A stretch of 64,000 bases of DNA, from positions 36,503 to 100,502 of IMG/VR virus record IMGVR_UViG_3300008113_004623, one strand, 5' to 3'. Positions 19,501 to 29,361 of this stretch are shown one piece after another. Source of the DNA: a virus. Position 1 is the stretch's first letter. Each line of letters begins with the position of its first letter. The position numbers and the translations under genes were made by a program. Below the pieces are notes generated by a model. It searched no databases. It was not told the origin of the DNA and saw only the letters and a list, made by a program, of their open reading frames with translations.

Positions 19501-20702
19501 GAGTTCCCTCAGCTGTAGCATCAGATGTTGTAAATAAACTTAGTGCTTTAAACGAAAAAATTCTTGTTATAGATCCTACAGATGAAAAATTCTATATAGA
19601 AGTAGATAAAAACGGGCAAAGAATAGGTGATAAAAAATATCCTAGAGTTTCTAGTCTTACAGGTAAAAGAGAATTTAGCAATAAGACCGCAGCAAATAGA
19701 GGAACTATTATTGATTCTTTACTTAGAGAATTTATTAAGGGGAATATTAAAACGGAAGGCCAAATGATGCAGGCTTACAAAAAAATTAAAGAAACTAACC
19801 AGTACCCTACAGATACTTTTACTGTTCCTTTTATTTCTGATTTATTTGCTACCTTTAATGGATTTGTTCAAAGTAATCCTAACTTAGTCTTTATTGCCGA
19901 TTTACCTACTTTATGGGGTACTTTTAATGGCGTAGATCATGCGGGTACTATTGATTTACTAGCAATAGATAATACTAATGGTAAAGTTTATATAATAGAT
20001 TTAAAAACATCTACACAAGATAGAACAGATACTACTAATAAATTCTACGAAAGTTATACTTCCGCAGATACAATTCAACAATCAGCTTACGCAGAAGCGT
20101 TAGCACAACGTACAGGAATTGTAATAGACGGATTAAAAATTTTCCCAATTCAAGTGGAATTATCAAGAGAGACTCAAACTTATGAAAGTGCTATAGGTAA
20201 CAAAAGAAATTCTGGCTATATTTATGAGTTGACTCCAGATCCTAAGTATTTCCCATCAAAGACAACTCCTCCTATAAAAAGTCAAGTACCTTCCAATATT
20301 AACGTAGAGTCAGTCACTTACCAAAATAGTCAATATACAGTTCATTTGTCTAAAAATCCTTTTTCAGGATTAAATGAGATTGTGCAAATCTTTAATAAAG
20401 ATAATGCAGAGATTGATGTTAACAGTACTACAGGTAAAAACGTAGCAAGTCAATTAGACTGGGGAAAGATTAATCCTAGTGCGCCTAAGAAAATGTCTCC
20501 TGCAGACTTAATGGATGCAGCTAACCAAACGCCTCAGGCTCCTGCTGCCCAAAAACAAACTAAACCTTTATCTGCTGCTGTATTTAATTCAGAAGAAGAA
20601 AATCAAGGTAAACAAAATAAAGACGCCTGTGCTAATCCTACCGATAGATTCTCTCAACAAGGTACTACAAAGGTTCCGAGATCTATTAGAAAGAAACCTT
20701 AG
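13554..20702 (+). CDS. Giant ejection protein 1 with Gly/Ala-rich putative membrane segment and C-terminal PD-(D/E)xK nuclease
   Basis: 2382 aa; AGTIDLL..YIIDLKTS..QQSAY nuclease motif at about 19940-20100. Confidence 0.75.
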   Translation: MAKKVDSSFNFLGIDPRLNVGDPNVVKAAVDQSINSNPVLFNAYHTKEILRPQLDEIRREKETERLRNINVNSFNYLAKKAGYDEGYASNLYNRIQDLPNLPEQQATAAYNELAKELDDLKEKGTTSSFGGFDYLSDIGEGLFEAARGATNISHELFGGAKYTDPQEWLGKNKNDQTAQAVLDELFTPSDIYKYAKRVLDSKQKEVSINKFKQNLGDVDGVLQLLESKSRNLNSGNSFDDLLLPVLENQFRTPGSDWYRDAEGELSPQYVKEFQNYVKQGFQEKFDDQSFVTNILNKPARYAKYDLETEALNDYKTVLQKGLFDLVDERRQLLDEEKLVKDSPEDKQYINKIERINSQLDKLVAREKSIDKVYGVSVGDRSGFFKATLGSGYMAFRDLRDFLTPDYFQGPESDANTQVIRNAMYKPEVLRYDKYGNPVLSNQVFYESASGTKANWRGFFESGGAIVGDMAPAIATGSILARGVSSGLALAGTEAGSATLGARVASTAAKTYDKVNKYGSLRLADRISTFATIYATTNERIYEQEKKWGGNAEERARYLAVAEAASEAIGFPDVGILKLTPFSRGLGAASKTAAGISLTRSELAKAYLRGGSEFAKTAVKANLVESFEEEMALLGEALVSHAYADEYARVGREQTEFTGENIIDTFVESFKGGLLYSGLMTGMNHYRATRKNALLDQAEYEAANNPELFKAKLKEMHQKNPSELSEKQLADAIVTIDNLSNTFKSLSQIDNLKDLNTFFDDEDARRQLFTKARQRDVLRSIDFDSLTPEQQEEFTKAKLGGKITKKATAEYNKARQQVSDFLAQTEGQTLSKEQTQEFVALQLKAAQLRSIANTIDLRKLTDSQMETLASMGIIEDKDFQFTQEDLDKMIAEVDTDILKTEKRAFQYAEMTKAEKAEAIKKAYDKKIEAINQVEDPTVLFESLVALKKDYEYLEKNAYGVNPEVLANKASLLDAYQQRFDALTQRDASGANLFEASLRELDINKAITDYNIYELVKLSSRLDQNKDHVDSAFAENLNEELLNAQAQIIENIQKLQGDQKIQALAKIMDQTVKFNTFTYFDQKAFSEFITSYTYGLDSETNEEVEQTMTVSITPEEFEKVRAEVIRMRGIRKSNSMAATGRVDNVSVPTESEEQEDAMRTLARNVAAASSELDDDGFSEKSALEKQYTDSFLKNKEVTEAVQALKDRVFSLFNEGSARAASVLNAFNTLLTNKDTISFDAQLQQVKQALKAEIDALRNVDKNSKSARALEGVLLELDLWTKAAKKMVIQNPAANLGDLTNLEPSRTNVVDLQNDVLEEEFGDELTPAQVQTKQSEIDQLNQEAQRRRSRLLDLTSPARSNGIEVTPDNVIVTDPAVKRRVAFIDALSTMADTKVKILNKRQFLREYLASKYPQKNQADIEQDLKSLLTFFTNIPQDIVDNWDTLTNQDEILASVHQLLGKEFFDKGQLRYYVKNKAQGLLVNPEVIMTAASKDGKVLLQDSYPLELSFIQNTGEGNTKEFSTVPWRLSGRIQGESTDVKILPGDIIAAHTETFASKELLQEFLGKNDKSVLVDYEISEGVLTNKDSFSTMAEVESSDIKNASLKDFSIPTQPGSRVAGRRYKFNLGRLYFNNNGNPVILQNNKLNEEEIQAIAELVFNPPTGNISMSQLDEALFDLINQIDKNNRIVFFPAEALNQIQADGSLKTFYEQMLVPSLVQEVNGKRKYQKLTKEQFIKELGNYYYKVSPTFLSGGARFNESITRFQMKDGVPEVLKQPYLDYIKETHQAPINSEGNVSTVVNKIVYPSTTDLAAQTKALNLQIKNDQQLTSKGKTVGGVNPNSNARSLNPTAPQLNRTASATLNMIPYAEINSFLAKFGIPVKIGYSEEIYNQLVLAIKKDPSILSLVTARIENNQVVTSEYDGGNTKGINLLIGSVTLPNGQKYKVFFKPDEQSAGLNLNINKIEGGFTASVKNTDVPNPTPSNAPRVPSAVASDVVNKLSALNEKILVIDPTDEKFYIEVDKNGQRIGDKKYPRVSSLTGKREFSNKTAANRGTIIDSLLREFIKGNIKTEGQMMQAYKKIKETNQYPTDTFTVPFISDLFATFNGFVQSNPNLVFIADLPTLWGTFNGVDHAGTIDLLAIDNTNGKVYIIDLKTSTQDRTDTTNKFYESYTSADTIQQSAYAEALAQRTGIVIDGLKIFPIQVELSRETQTYESAIGNKRNSGYIYELTPDPKYFPSKTTPPIKSQVPSNINVESVTYQNSQYTVHLSKNPFSGLNEIVQIFNKDNAEIDVNSTTGKNVASQLDWGKINPSAPKKMSPADLMDAANQTPQAPAAQKQTKPLSAAVFNSEEENQGKQNKDACANPTDRFSQQGTTKVPRSIRKKP

Positions 20703-20737
20703 TCCATAAGTCTATTTTTATAATTTTTTAATTAACT

Positions 20738-20745
20738 TATATTTG
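20738..20745 (+). promoter_or_regulatory. -7 promoter element TATATTTG
   Basis: Intergenic, 15 nt before the RNAP ATG. Confidence 0.7.
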
Positions 20746-20760
20746 TATTAAAACACGAAC

Positions 20761-23700
20761 ATGATTTGCCCTAATTTTAGTAATCCTAGCATAAGAAAAG
20801 ATTTTTATAATCTTGTTGGTATTGTAGGCGAAGATTTTGCCTATTACCTATGGGATAAGAATAATGGACTACCTCTTACTTTACAAGCAAATCCAGCTAA
20901 TCTTAATGAAGCAATTGCTAATCCTTTATTTGAAGCTTTGGATGAACAGTTTAATGGTAATTCTACTAAAGCTACTTTAGGAGTAGCTATTACGTTTAGT
21001 AGTGCTTTTCAGAAAAAATACGTAGGATTTAACCGAGCAACTCCTGAGCGTCAAGTACAGTTAATTAATGACTACATTAACAAGTTAGATATTACACTAG
21101 AGCAAGCAACTCAAAATTATATTAAAAGAGCAAATCAAATTAATAGAACATTTAAGAGAGCTGTTAGTGTAACACAAGAAGCTGTAACTAGAGAAGATCT
21201 TAGTAAAGACCCTAACTCAGTAATTAATCAAATTGAAGATGTTACTGCTCAAGACAGGACTGCTGCTTATGAGTTTTTAAAACGTAACAAGATTGCTCAG
21301 AATATTCGCTTTACGAATGCTCAAAAAGTAGTTAACTCAGGGGCTTATGCACAATGGACTAAACACGGTTTAACTTTATTTAAAGGCTCCGACTATACGG
21401 ACATTTATCACGAGTCTTGGCACGAGTTTACACAATGGTATCTTTCTCCGATTGAAAAAGCATTACTATACAATACTGTAAGAAATAGAGAAGGGACAGT
21501 TACTATAGGCGACTTAGAGATACCTTACTACAGTCTTACTAATAGACAAGTAGAAGAAGTACTAGCGGAAGAGTTTCGTGCTTATTCTATACAGCGTAAC
21601 AGAAACGAAGCGGTTGCTGCAGAACCTCGTATTAGAAACTTCTTTGAGAGAATGTATGATTTCTTAAAGTGGCTTTTCTTTGGTCCAGAAAAAACAAAAA
21701 AACCTGAATCTACTTTTGAGTTTGAAAATGTTTCTGCAATGTTTAGCGCTTTATATGAAGGTAACGTAGATTTATCTCGTAGAGCAGAAACAAACATAGT
21801 AGAAGATTCTTTAAATAGAAGTACAGCTTTAACCTTGCCTATCTTAACGGATGAAGGTTTACAAGAGATAGAGTTAAGCCCTTTAGTCGGTGCTGAGGTT
21901 ATAAGTTATGTAAGCTATAGTATCTATAAACAGATGCGTGATCAGAATATTGGCATGAGTCTTTTATTAAATCCTGAGCACAAAAAGAATTTAATCCCTC
22001 AATTATATACAGCAGTTAGAGCAGAGTTAAATGATGTATTAGATAACTTAGAGATAAAAATAGAACAAGCTGAAACATCTAACAACATGGCTGCTTTGGA
22101 AATGTTAGAAGACCAGTACGCTAATATAACTGCACTAGTAAACGAAGATGAAGCCTGGAACCGAGTAGTTGCCCTACATCAAAGTACAACACAAGGCGAA
22201 CTCTTTAATATAGATGCGGATGTTACTGTTTCTGTAGAAGAGAATATAGAAAACAGAATAGACGAAGCTCCTGCAGAAGAAAAAACTAGAAACGAAGTTC
22301 AATACGGGGATAAGTCAAATGTTAACCCACTTGAGTTGTATGATCCTTATGTTATTGAGTTAATTAAAAGTTTACCTGACCTAGTTAATATTAACGGCCA
22401 GGTTGTCCCTAGTACGGGCAGCACTCTTGGTTTACCAAAAAACGGAAACTTCAAACATAATAAAAATCTTCTTCAGAACATTCTATCAGGATCTACGTCT
22501 TATGAAGATGCTATTCAGCGATTAATAGAAGCTTCTTCCGTAAGTCCTCAATTAACTTATTTAATTCAATTGCTTCCTAGTCCTGTTAGTGAAACTCTAA
22601 CATTAGACGAGATTACATTAAAGAATCAGTTTATGCAGGCCTTGTCTATGCCTCGCGTAGATCCTTATTCTGTAAAAGCAATTGAAAAAACTGAAGACAC
22701 TACAGTCGATAATGTTATAACATCTAAGAAAGTTATTCAGTTTAATACTTTCTACATTAGTACACTTACCCAAGACGCACTTCTAGAGTACTTAGATAAT
22801 GAGTTCCAAATATCTGCTGCTTCTGATTTTAAATCTGAAACCGATCAATCAACTATAAAACAAAGAAGCTTTGTTAACAAAAGCATAAATGGTTTAGAGT
22901 TTGCTACATTCTCTACAGCTTCTGTATTAGACGCATATAAAGATATTGATAGCACTACTTCCTATAAGACATTATTTGAATTTATGAATGATGCTTTTGG
23001 AGTGGACTTATATCAGGGAATTAGCGAGCAATACCTATTTGATAAGCGTGGTGATATTATCATTGCTAACTCTCCATACACAGAGAGCCAATTAAACGCA
23101 CTTACGCAGGTTATTGTAGCTTCTTATAATAAGATTAAGTTATATCACTTAATTAACAATTTAGAAGGTAAGTCACCTATAATTAATAAATTAAAAAATG
23201 AAGTTCCTTCATCTGTAGAAACTCCTGCTAAGACCTATATCTCTGATGTAAAGAAAAGTTTAGTTACAGCATTAAACACTTTAAGCAATAATTTTAACAC
23301 ACTCAACGCAAAAGACCAAGAGCAGTTTAAAGAGATAGTTGATCTATTTACTAATTCTATAAAAAATAACAATAATCTCAGAACTGAAAGACAGATTCTT
23401 TTCAGAGCTATTGAAAACTATTACAATAAAGTAGTTAAGTCTGCGTCTTACTTAAACGACGAGAACAATATGGAGTGGTCTATCCGTGAGTGGCAGCATG
23501 TTGTAACCCAAGCAAGCAGTATTAATAATGCCAGAACTCTAGCTGACTTAACAGGCCATTTAAACCCAGCTACAAATAACTTTGTTGGTGTGTCTAAGTT
23601 ACTTGCAAAAGCATTTAGCCAAGAGACAGGCGAGCGTAAGTTAAACAGAGATGAAGACAATGTTCTTTTTGAGTTAGTTAATATTTCTGGATACTCTACT

Positions 23701-26700
23701 AAAGTAGAAGGGAAGAAAACAATTAACTTAAATCCTGACGATAAATTAATCCAAGATTTTATTGGGTTCTTAAAAGACGGCTTAGTTGAGAATCTTCGGT
23801 TTGGTGCAAAATCTACTAGTTTAGGAGTACGTGTAAACGGTTCTAGAAATGAAAGATTGTTCTACGACAGAAGTCGTTTTAGCTACTCAGCTGACACTGA
23901 TATAGTTAGACTAGACCCAAAGGTAATGGATACCTTTTTAGACTACTTACGTTACGAATTGAATCGTATGTTTGATGATCGTGCAGAGTCTACTGAAAAA
24001 GAGAAACGTGGATTTGATTTAATCATTTTAAAAGACATTCTGCCTAACAAGGTTCAAGAGTTTAAAGACATAATTAAAAATTCAACCCAAGATAAAGAAA
24101 CTACAGTCAACAATATCATTAATCAGATTAATACTGTTAATCGAGCAGAGTTTGATACAGCAGTTACTTTATACTTTAATGAGGAAGTAAGAGCATTCCG
24201 CACCGATTTAGAAGAGATTATTGGAGAAGGAGATGCTAAGTTTGCTGAAGTTTTTGGAACAAAAGAAAACATCAATGAAGTAATAGCCGACTATGTAACC
24301 CACTACTACACGCAACAGATTGAGTTTTTGCATTTATTTGTAGGAGATCCTTCTAACTTCCAAGTTAAAGGAGAAAACTGGCGTGAATTATTTAAACGTT
24401 TAGGTGCTTCTATTTCTCCAGGTAAACAACCTTTAATAGATTCTCAATTCTTAAATTCATTTAATAACTCACCTAATGGATATTTAGGCAGAGGACTTGA
24501 GCGTTTATACAAACAAAGTCAAAATCCTAATGCAGAAGCCCGCGTATACGATGAAAACTTTACTTACGTTCAGTATAAAGATGTAAAATCATTTACAGAA
24601 GGTCAAGCAGAAGTATATCAACGCGAGTTAATTGAAGGTTACGCTAATTGGTTATCTAGCCAAGACAAGGCTAAAAAGCCTATTGAAGCTTACAGACAAG
24701 AAGCTGCTGATATATTTAAGACTACTATAGATGGTGTTACTACTCAGAAAAAGGAAGCAGACGGTCAAGCCTATGCAACTTTAGATTTTGTAAGGTTCTA
24801 TCTAAACTCTATAGGAGAATGGACACCAAAACAAGAAGCGGCCTACCAACACGAACTAAAGGTAGCCGAAAAGATCCTAGAATATAGAGCAACTCCGACA
24901 GAAACTAAGTTAACAGAACTTAGAACTTTAATTCAAAATTCAAATGCAGGTATATTATTGTCTTTAAAGTTAGGGTACTGGGGTTCTCCAATTGATAATC
25001 CTAATTATATTACGTTAGGTAAGTACTCGGTAGCTCCTTTGATTCCGTCAACATTATTTGAAACCGATTTAGAAGATCAAATGTCAAATATGTTAATAGG
25101 TGGGGTAGACTTTATTACTTTTGATTCTGGAAATAAAATGGCTTTGCCTGTTTCTAGCTTAGATTTTTACAAAAAAGAAGGCAAGGGCAATGAAGAGCGT
25201 CTAGTTGTTAATGATATTCCTCAAAAGAATATTGTTACTTTTCCTATAAGCGGTTTACGTAGACAGCAATATATCGCGCCTAAGTTTAAAGAAGAAGCTA
25301 CTTTGTCTACACAGTTAGTAAAACTTGTATTCTCTAATTTTTATACTAATGGTGAGCTTAATGAAAACATAAGTAAAGTAGCAGGCTTACCTGAAAAGAT
25401 TGATAGATTACAAAAAGCTTTCATCAATGATTTATCAGTAATTGTAGAGAGCGAGAAAGCTAAAATCTATGCAGCTATTGGTGCAGAGTTAAAGGGTGAT
25501 AGAGTAACTAGCATTGACGCAGAAGCATTTTCTGATTGGATTAAAAAAGAATTTGACAAGAAAGATGTTCCCCAGTCTGTTTACGATTATTTAATTATTG
25601 AAAACAATAACTTTAAGTTTTCTTTAGACGTAGCTCCTCATAGAGCTTTGTTTGAAAGTGTACTTGCTTCTGCTTTATCTAAAAGAGTATTACGTCCCAA
25701 GATGTTTGGGGAAGCACTTGTGCAGGTTTCTTCTTTAGGCTTTAATCAAGCAGGAACTCGTTTTACAAACCCTACTAGAGAACAAGTAAGGAAATACGGT
25801 AACAGTGGTCTAAGAGATTATGGTCGTATTGTAAACGGCAAACATCAGCCTGCAGATATTAAAATTGCTTTTAACTCAAAAAAGTACGGTGCTTTATTAA
25901 ACTTAGATTACAAAGGTTCAAAAATTGAAACTCTTGATAGACTAAACGAAGCTTTACTAGACGATGCTTGGGTAGAACTACACTCAAATAAAATTACCTT
26001 AGTAGGTGTTCGTATTCCTGTACAGGGTTTAAACTCTATGGAACACTTTAGAGTAAGACAATTCTTACCAGAAGTTGCAGGACCAATTATTATTGTGCCT
26101 CCATCACTTGTAACTAAATCAGGATCTGACTTTGACATAGATAAATTGTTTATGTACGAGCCTGAGTTAGACTCTGAAGGTAACTTTATTGAAAGAACTC
26201 CCGAGTTTGTTAAAAATCCTAAAGCAGTATACCAGTACATTAGAGCAAAGAAAATTTTAATTACTGAGCTAAAGTCTCTTAATACTATTTTAGAGAACAA
26301 ACGCCAAGAGTTTATCAGAAACAATGGTTCAAATACTGTAGAAGCAAAAGTATACGATAGTTTGATTGCTAGTAATGGAATGTTAATTCGTCCATTAAAG
26401 AATCGCAAGAAAGAACTAACTGATGGAGAAGAGAGCACATTGTTGGATGAAGTAACCTTAGCTACATTTTCATTAAGTAAGTTTTTAGAAACTCAAAAAG
26501 ATAATCCAGAGATTAAATCTTTACAAAAAAAATTAAAAAAGACTCAGGAACTTTTGGCTTCGTTTAAAGGTTACTCTATAAAGTCTGCTAAAGCAGGTGC
26601 TTCTAATGGTTTAATTCAGACAATTAGTGAGATTTTATCTGAGCCTGCTATTATGCCGCAGTTTTTACAGCCTAACGACTCTCCTATTCTTAAACAACTA

Positions 26701-29328
26701 TCAGAAGACTATAAGAATAACTACGGAGGCGGAGGATCAACTATCACTTCTACTTCTGTATTTTCTCCAAGAACTTCTATTAAGATTTTTAGAGAGAATG
26801 CAACTGGTAAGAAAGCACTAGGTATTGACGCAAAAACCAACGCACTACATAAACTCTATCAACAAGTAGGATTACAGTATACTAACCCTATTGCAAGAAT
26901 GTACTTATTAAAATCTAATAAGACAGCGGATGGACATATTATTTTAGGCGGCTTGTATGATGCGAACAACGAGTACTTAATCTCAGATATTATTAATGAG
27001 TTTATCAACGGACACGTAGACATTGAGAAAGAGGAGTGGATTAACTTCTTTAATGCAGATAAAAACAGAACTAGCGTAATCTTACAGATGGTGCTTAGTG
27101 GTACTCCAATTAAAGATGCTGTGTTAATTGCTAACCAACCTATTGTTCAACACTTTTTAAAATCTAATAAATTAAGCGAAACTGCTCAGTTAATCGGCAT
27201 TGAGCGAAAATTTATTAGTACTTATATTGCTGAAGGATTGAGAAAAATAGGAATGAGTTCCGTGATTGTTAGATCTGGAGGAAAATTTTCTTTACAGGGT
27301 ACTATTGAAAAGATGCTTAAAGAAAACTTATTCTCTAAAGCCTTAGACAATTTATCAGAAGCTAATTTTACTCCGTCTGTTGAGAACACGAAGGCCGCTT
27401 ACAATAAAATGTTTCAAGAAGCTAATTCTAAGAATCAAGGTGATTTAGCAGCCCAACTAGTATTTCTAAGCCAATACTATGTAGCTAGTGTAATGAATGA
27501 AGAGTTATTAGACTTAACAAGCGTAGTAGACTTTAACACGGCTAGTTATAGAAACTTAAATGATTTCCACTTAATTCGTTCAACTCTGAACACTGCTAGA
27601 GAAAACTTTAACGAGAGTGCTGTTAATCAAATTCTACAAGACAGTGTGTTAGCACCTTTTAACATAACAAATGAAGCTATGTCAATAGGTCAACAGGTAT
27701 TTGATTTAATGGGTTCTAGAGAATACCAGGATATGTTGAATAACTTTGTTAATTTCTATGGCGATTTCTGGACTCCTGATCAACGAGTAACTGAAGTTAA
27801 TAACTTTAACAATGCAATTGTTCACGCATTAATACAAAGGTACTCTGAACTAGACGGTGAAGATTTTTATACTAAGTTTGGTCCTAAATCTAACTTCTTA
27901 ACTAAAGGAGCTACGGGTAACTTATTCGCAGAATATATAACTTTATTTGGGAGAGGATCTAAAGTAGCAGATGCTAACTTAAAATCTTTTGTTAAGAAGA
28001 ATCTATTTTTAAGAAACTTCCGTAAGAAGGATGTAGAAAAGACTAAGAAGTTTTATATTGCTACATTAGATAATGAAAAAGACGTTGTGTTTACAAATGA
28101 AATGCAGAAGTCTTTCACTGATGGATTATTCTATGATAAATCTACGCCAGAAATTAATGAGCGTGTTCAGAAGTTCTTTAGTAATTTAGCAAACGCTACA
28201 ATTGTAGGACAAGGTTTCTCTATTAAGTTTAGAAGTATTCACCCATACTTACCTATACAGGCATTAGATAGCTCTGTTAGAGCATCTTTAGAACTTCGTA
28301 GAATTAAGGGAGTCCTCTTTACTGAGGAAGCCCAAGAGAAGCGCCTTAAAGAAGATGCAGAGTTACAACAAAACATGATTGATTTACTCTCATTTATTAA
28401 AGACGTTGAAAAGATATACGCTCGTAATACATACTCAAAGCGTGTAAAGTCTTTAAACTACTGGAAATTCTTCCCTGATTATGTAAATGCTACTAAGAGT
28501 TCAGGTATTCGTATTTCTTCTAAAGGCAAAAAACTAAATGCTGCTTTATCTTTAAATACTGCAGAAGCACTGAAAGAGAAACGCATCTCTGGCGATTATA
28601 AAATTGAGTTTAGAGGTAAACAATACGCAGATGCAGGAAAAGCTTACGATGCGTTTAAAACTGTTTACGCAGTAGCAGGGGCTGAGAATGAAGAAAATAT
28701 ATCTAAGGCACGTTTGTTACGCGAAATTTTTGCAACTCGTTTCCGTCAACACTTAAATTTATTTGGTGCAGTATACAATAAAGGCGGTGCAGACTTTTTG
28801 CTTAAATCTTCTTACAATGAAGGTGATGATTTCTTAAAAACAAATACTACTTCTGTAGGCGCTTATGTTCAATCACTAGCAGATGCTTATAATGATGTAG
28901 AAGATGAGATGCTATCACAATGGCTTGAGTTTTCTGAAAAACAAAAGAACGAAGATCAACCAGCAGAAATTGAAGACAGTACTGCATTTGAACCCTCTGA
29001 AGATAACAACAAAAACAAAGCATTGTATAACGAGGAGGGCGGAGTAGACTTTGATGACTTAGGCAATATGACTGCTCCTGGAATGAAGTTAAATTCTACC
29101 ACACCAAAGAAAGCTAACAAAGAAGCTCCTTCTACTATAAGTACTCCAATCTTTAGTATTAAGTTACCAGATCGTGTACTTGATGTAAGTTATGCTCAAG
29201 CGACTCCAGAGTTTTTGTCTACACAAATTCCAACATTAACTCAAGAACAGCTTCAAGGTTTATCTAATCATATTAGAGAGAAGTTACAGGAGGATAACCC
29301 TAATATAGATTTTAGTTCGGAATGCTAA
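20761..29328 (+). CDS. Virion-packaged single-chain DNA-dependent RNA polymerase with N-terminal zincin motif and C-terminal NADAR-like domain
   Basis: Catalytic GSDFDIDK (DFDIDK 26128-26145) preceded by RIPVQG; ADGQAY; HESWH..EEVLAEEF zincin motif near 21409. Confidence 0.92.
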   Translation: MICPNFSNPSIRKDFYNLVGIVGEDFAYYLWDKNNGLPLTLQANPANLNEAIANPLFEALDEQFNGNSTKATLGVAITFSSAFQKKYVGFNRATPERQVQLINDYINKLDITLEQATQNYIKRANQINRTFKRAVSVTQEAVTREDLSKDPNSVINQIEDVTAQDRTAAYEFLKRNKIAQNIRFTNAQKVVNSGAYAQWTKHGLTLFKGSDYTDIYHESWHEFTQWYLSPIEKALLYNTVRNREGTVTIGDLEIPYYSLTNRQVEEVLAEEFRAYSIQRNRNEAVAAEPRIRNFFERMYDFLKWLFFGPEKTKKPESTFEFENVSAMFSALYEGNVDLSRRAETNIVEDSLNRSTALTLPILTDEGLQEIELSPLVGAEVISYVSYSIYKQMRDQNIGMSLLLNPEHKKNLIPQLYTAVRAELNDVLDNLEIKIEQAETSNNMAALEMLEDQYANITALVNEDEAWNRVVALHQSTTQGELFNIDADVTVSVEENIENRIDEAPAEEKTRNEVQYGDKSNVNPLELYDPYVIELIKSLPDLVNINGQVVPSTGSTLGLPKNGNFKHNKNLLQNILSGSTSYEDAIQRLIEASSVSPQLTYLIQLLPSPVSETLTLDEITLKNQFMQALSMPRVDPYSVKAIEKTEDTTVDNVITSKKVIQFNTFYISTLTQDALLEYLDNEFQISAASDFKSETDQSTIKQRSFVNKSINGLEFATFSTASVLDAYKDIDSTTSYKTLFEFMNDAFGVDLYQGISEQYLFDKRGDIIIANSPYTESQLNALTQVIVASYNKIKLYHLINNLEGKSPIINKLKNEVPSSVETPAKTYISDVKKSLVTALNTLSNNFNTLNAKDQEQFKEIVDLFTNSIKNNNNLRTERQILFRAIENYYNKVVKSASYLNDENNMEWSIREWQHVVTQASSINNARTLADLTGHLNPATNNFVGVSKLLAKAFSQETGERKLNRDEDNVLFELVNISGYSTKVEGKKTINLNPDDKLIQDFIGFLKDGLVENLRFGAKSTSLGVRVNGSRNERLFYDRSRFSYSADTDIVRLDPKVMDTFLDYLRYELNRMFDDRAESTEKEKRGFDLIILKDILPNKVQEFKDIIKNSTQDKETTVNNIINQINTVNRAEFDTAVTLYFNEEVRAFRTDLEEIIGEGDAKFAEVFGTKENINEVIADYVTHYYTQQIEFLHLFVGDPSNFQVKGENWRELFKRLGASISPGKQPLIDSQFLNSFNNSPNGYLGRGLERLYKQSQNPNAEARVYDENFTYVQYKDVKSFTEGQAEVYQRELIEGYANWLSSQDKAKKPIEAYRQEAADIFKTTIDGVTTQKKEADGQAYATLDFVRFYLNSIGEWTPKQEAAYQHELKVAEKILEYRATPTETKLTELRTLIQNSNAGILLSLKLGYWGSPIDNPNYITLGKYSVAPLIPSTLFETDLEDQMSNMLIGGVDFITFDSGNKMALPVSSLDFYKKEGKGNEERLVVNDIPQKNIVTFPISGLRRQQYIAPKFKEEATLSTQLVKLVFSNFYTNGELNENISKVAGLPEKIDRLQKAFINDLSVIVESEKAKIYAAIGAELKGDRVTSIDAEAFSDWIKKEFDKKDVPQSVYDYLIIENNNFKFSLDVAPHRALFESVLASALSKRVLRPKMFGEALVQVSSLGFNQAGTRFTNPTREQVRKYGNSGLRDYGRIVNGKHQPADIKIAFNSKKYGALLNLDYKGSKIETLDRLNEALLDDAWVELHSNKITLVGVRIPVQGLNSMEHFRVRQFLPEVAGPIIIVPPSLVTKSGSDFDIDKLFMYEPELDSEGNFIERTPEFVKNPKAVYQYIRAKKILITELKSLNTILENKRQEFIRNNGSNTVEAKVYDSLIASNGMLIRPLKNRKKELTDGEESTLLDEVTLATFSLSKFLETQKDNPEIKSLQKKLKKTQELLASFKGYSIKSAKAGASNGLIQTISEILSEPAIMPQFLQPNDSPILKQLSEDYKNNYGGGGSTITSTSVFSPRTSIKIFRENATGKKALGIDAKTNALHKLYQQVGLQYTNPIARMYLLKSNKTADGHIILGGLYDANNEYLISDIINEFINGHVDIEKEEWINFFNADKNRTSVILQMVLSGTPIKDAVLIANQPIVQHFLKSNKLSETAQLIGIERKFISTYIAEGLRKIGMSSVIVRSGGKFSLQGTIEKMLKENLFSKALDNLSEANFTPSVENTKAAYNKMFQEANSKNQGDLAAQLVFLSQYYVASVMNEELLDLTSVVDFNTASYRNLNDFHLIRSTLNTARENFNESAVNQILQDSVLAPFNITNEAMSIGQQVFDLMGSREYQDMLNNFVNFYGDFWTPDQRVTEVNNFNNAIVHALIQRYSELDGEDFYTKFGPKSNFLTKGATGNLFAEYITLFGRGSKVADANLKSFVKKNLFLRNFRKKDVEKTKKFYIATLDNEKDVVFTNEMQKSFTDGLFYDKSTPEINERVQKFFSNLANATIVGQGFSIKFRSIHPYLPIQALDSSVRASLELRRIKGVLFTEEAQEKRLKEDAELQQNMIDLLSFIKDVEKIYARNTYSKRVKSLNYWKFFPDYVNATKSSGIRISSKGKKLNAALSLNTAEALKEKRISGDYKIEFRGKQYADAGKAYDAFKTVYAVAGAENEENISKARLLREIFATRFRQHLNLFGAVYNKGGADFLLKSSYNEGDDFLKTNTTSVGAYVQSLADAYNDVEDEMLSQWLEFSEKQKNEDQPAEIEDSTAFEPSEDNNKNKALYNEEGGVDFDDLGNMTAPGMKLNSTTPKKANKEAPSTISTPIFSIKLPDRVLDVSYAQATPEFLSTQIPTLTQEQLQGLSNHIREKLQEDNPNIDFSSEC

Positions 29329-29337
29329 TACTTGAAT

Positions 29338-29345
29338 TATATTTG
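29338..29345 (+). promoter_or_regulatory. -7 promoter element TATATTTG
   Basis: Intergenic, 16 nt before ATG 29362. Confidence 0.65.
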
Positions 29346-29361
29346 TATAAGTTAACTTAAC

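Noticed and set aside
25908-26438. 176-aa antisense ORF over the RNAP active site, and other short antisense or alternate-frame ORFs in the track
   Set aside because: They lie within long conserved genes and show shadow-frame composition with no motifs.
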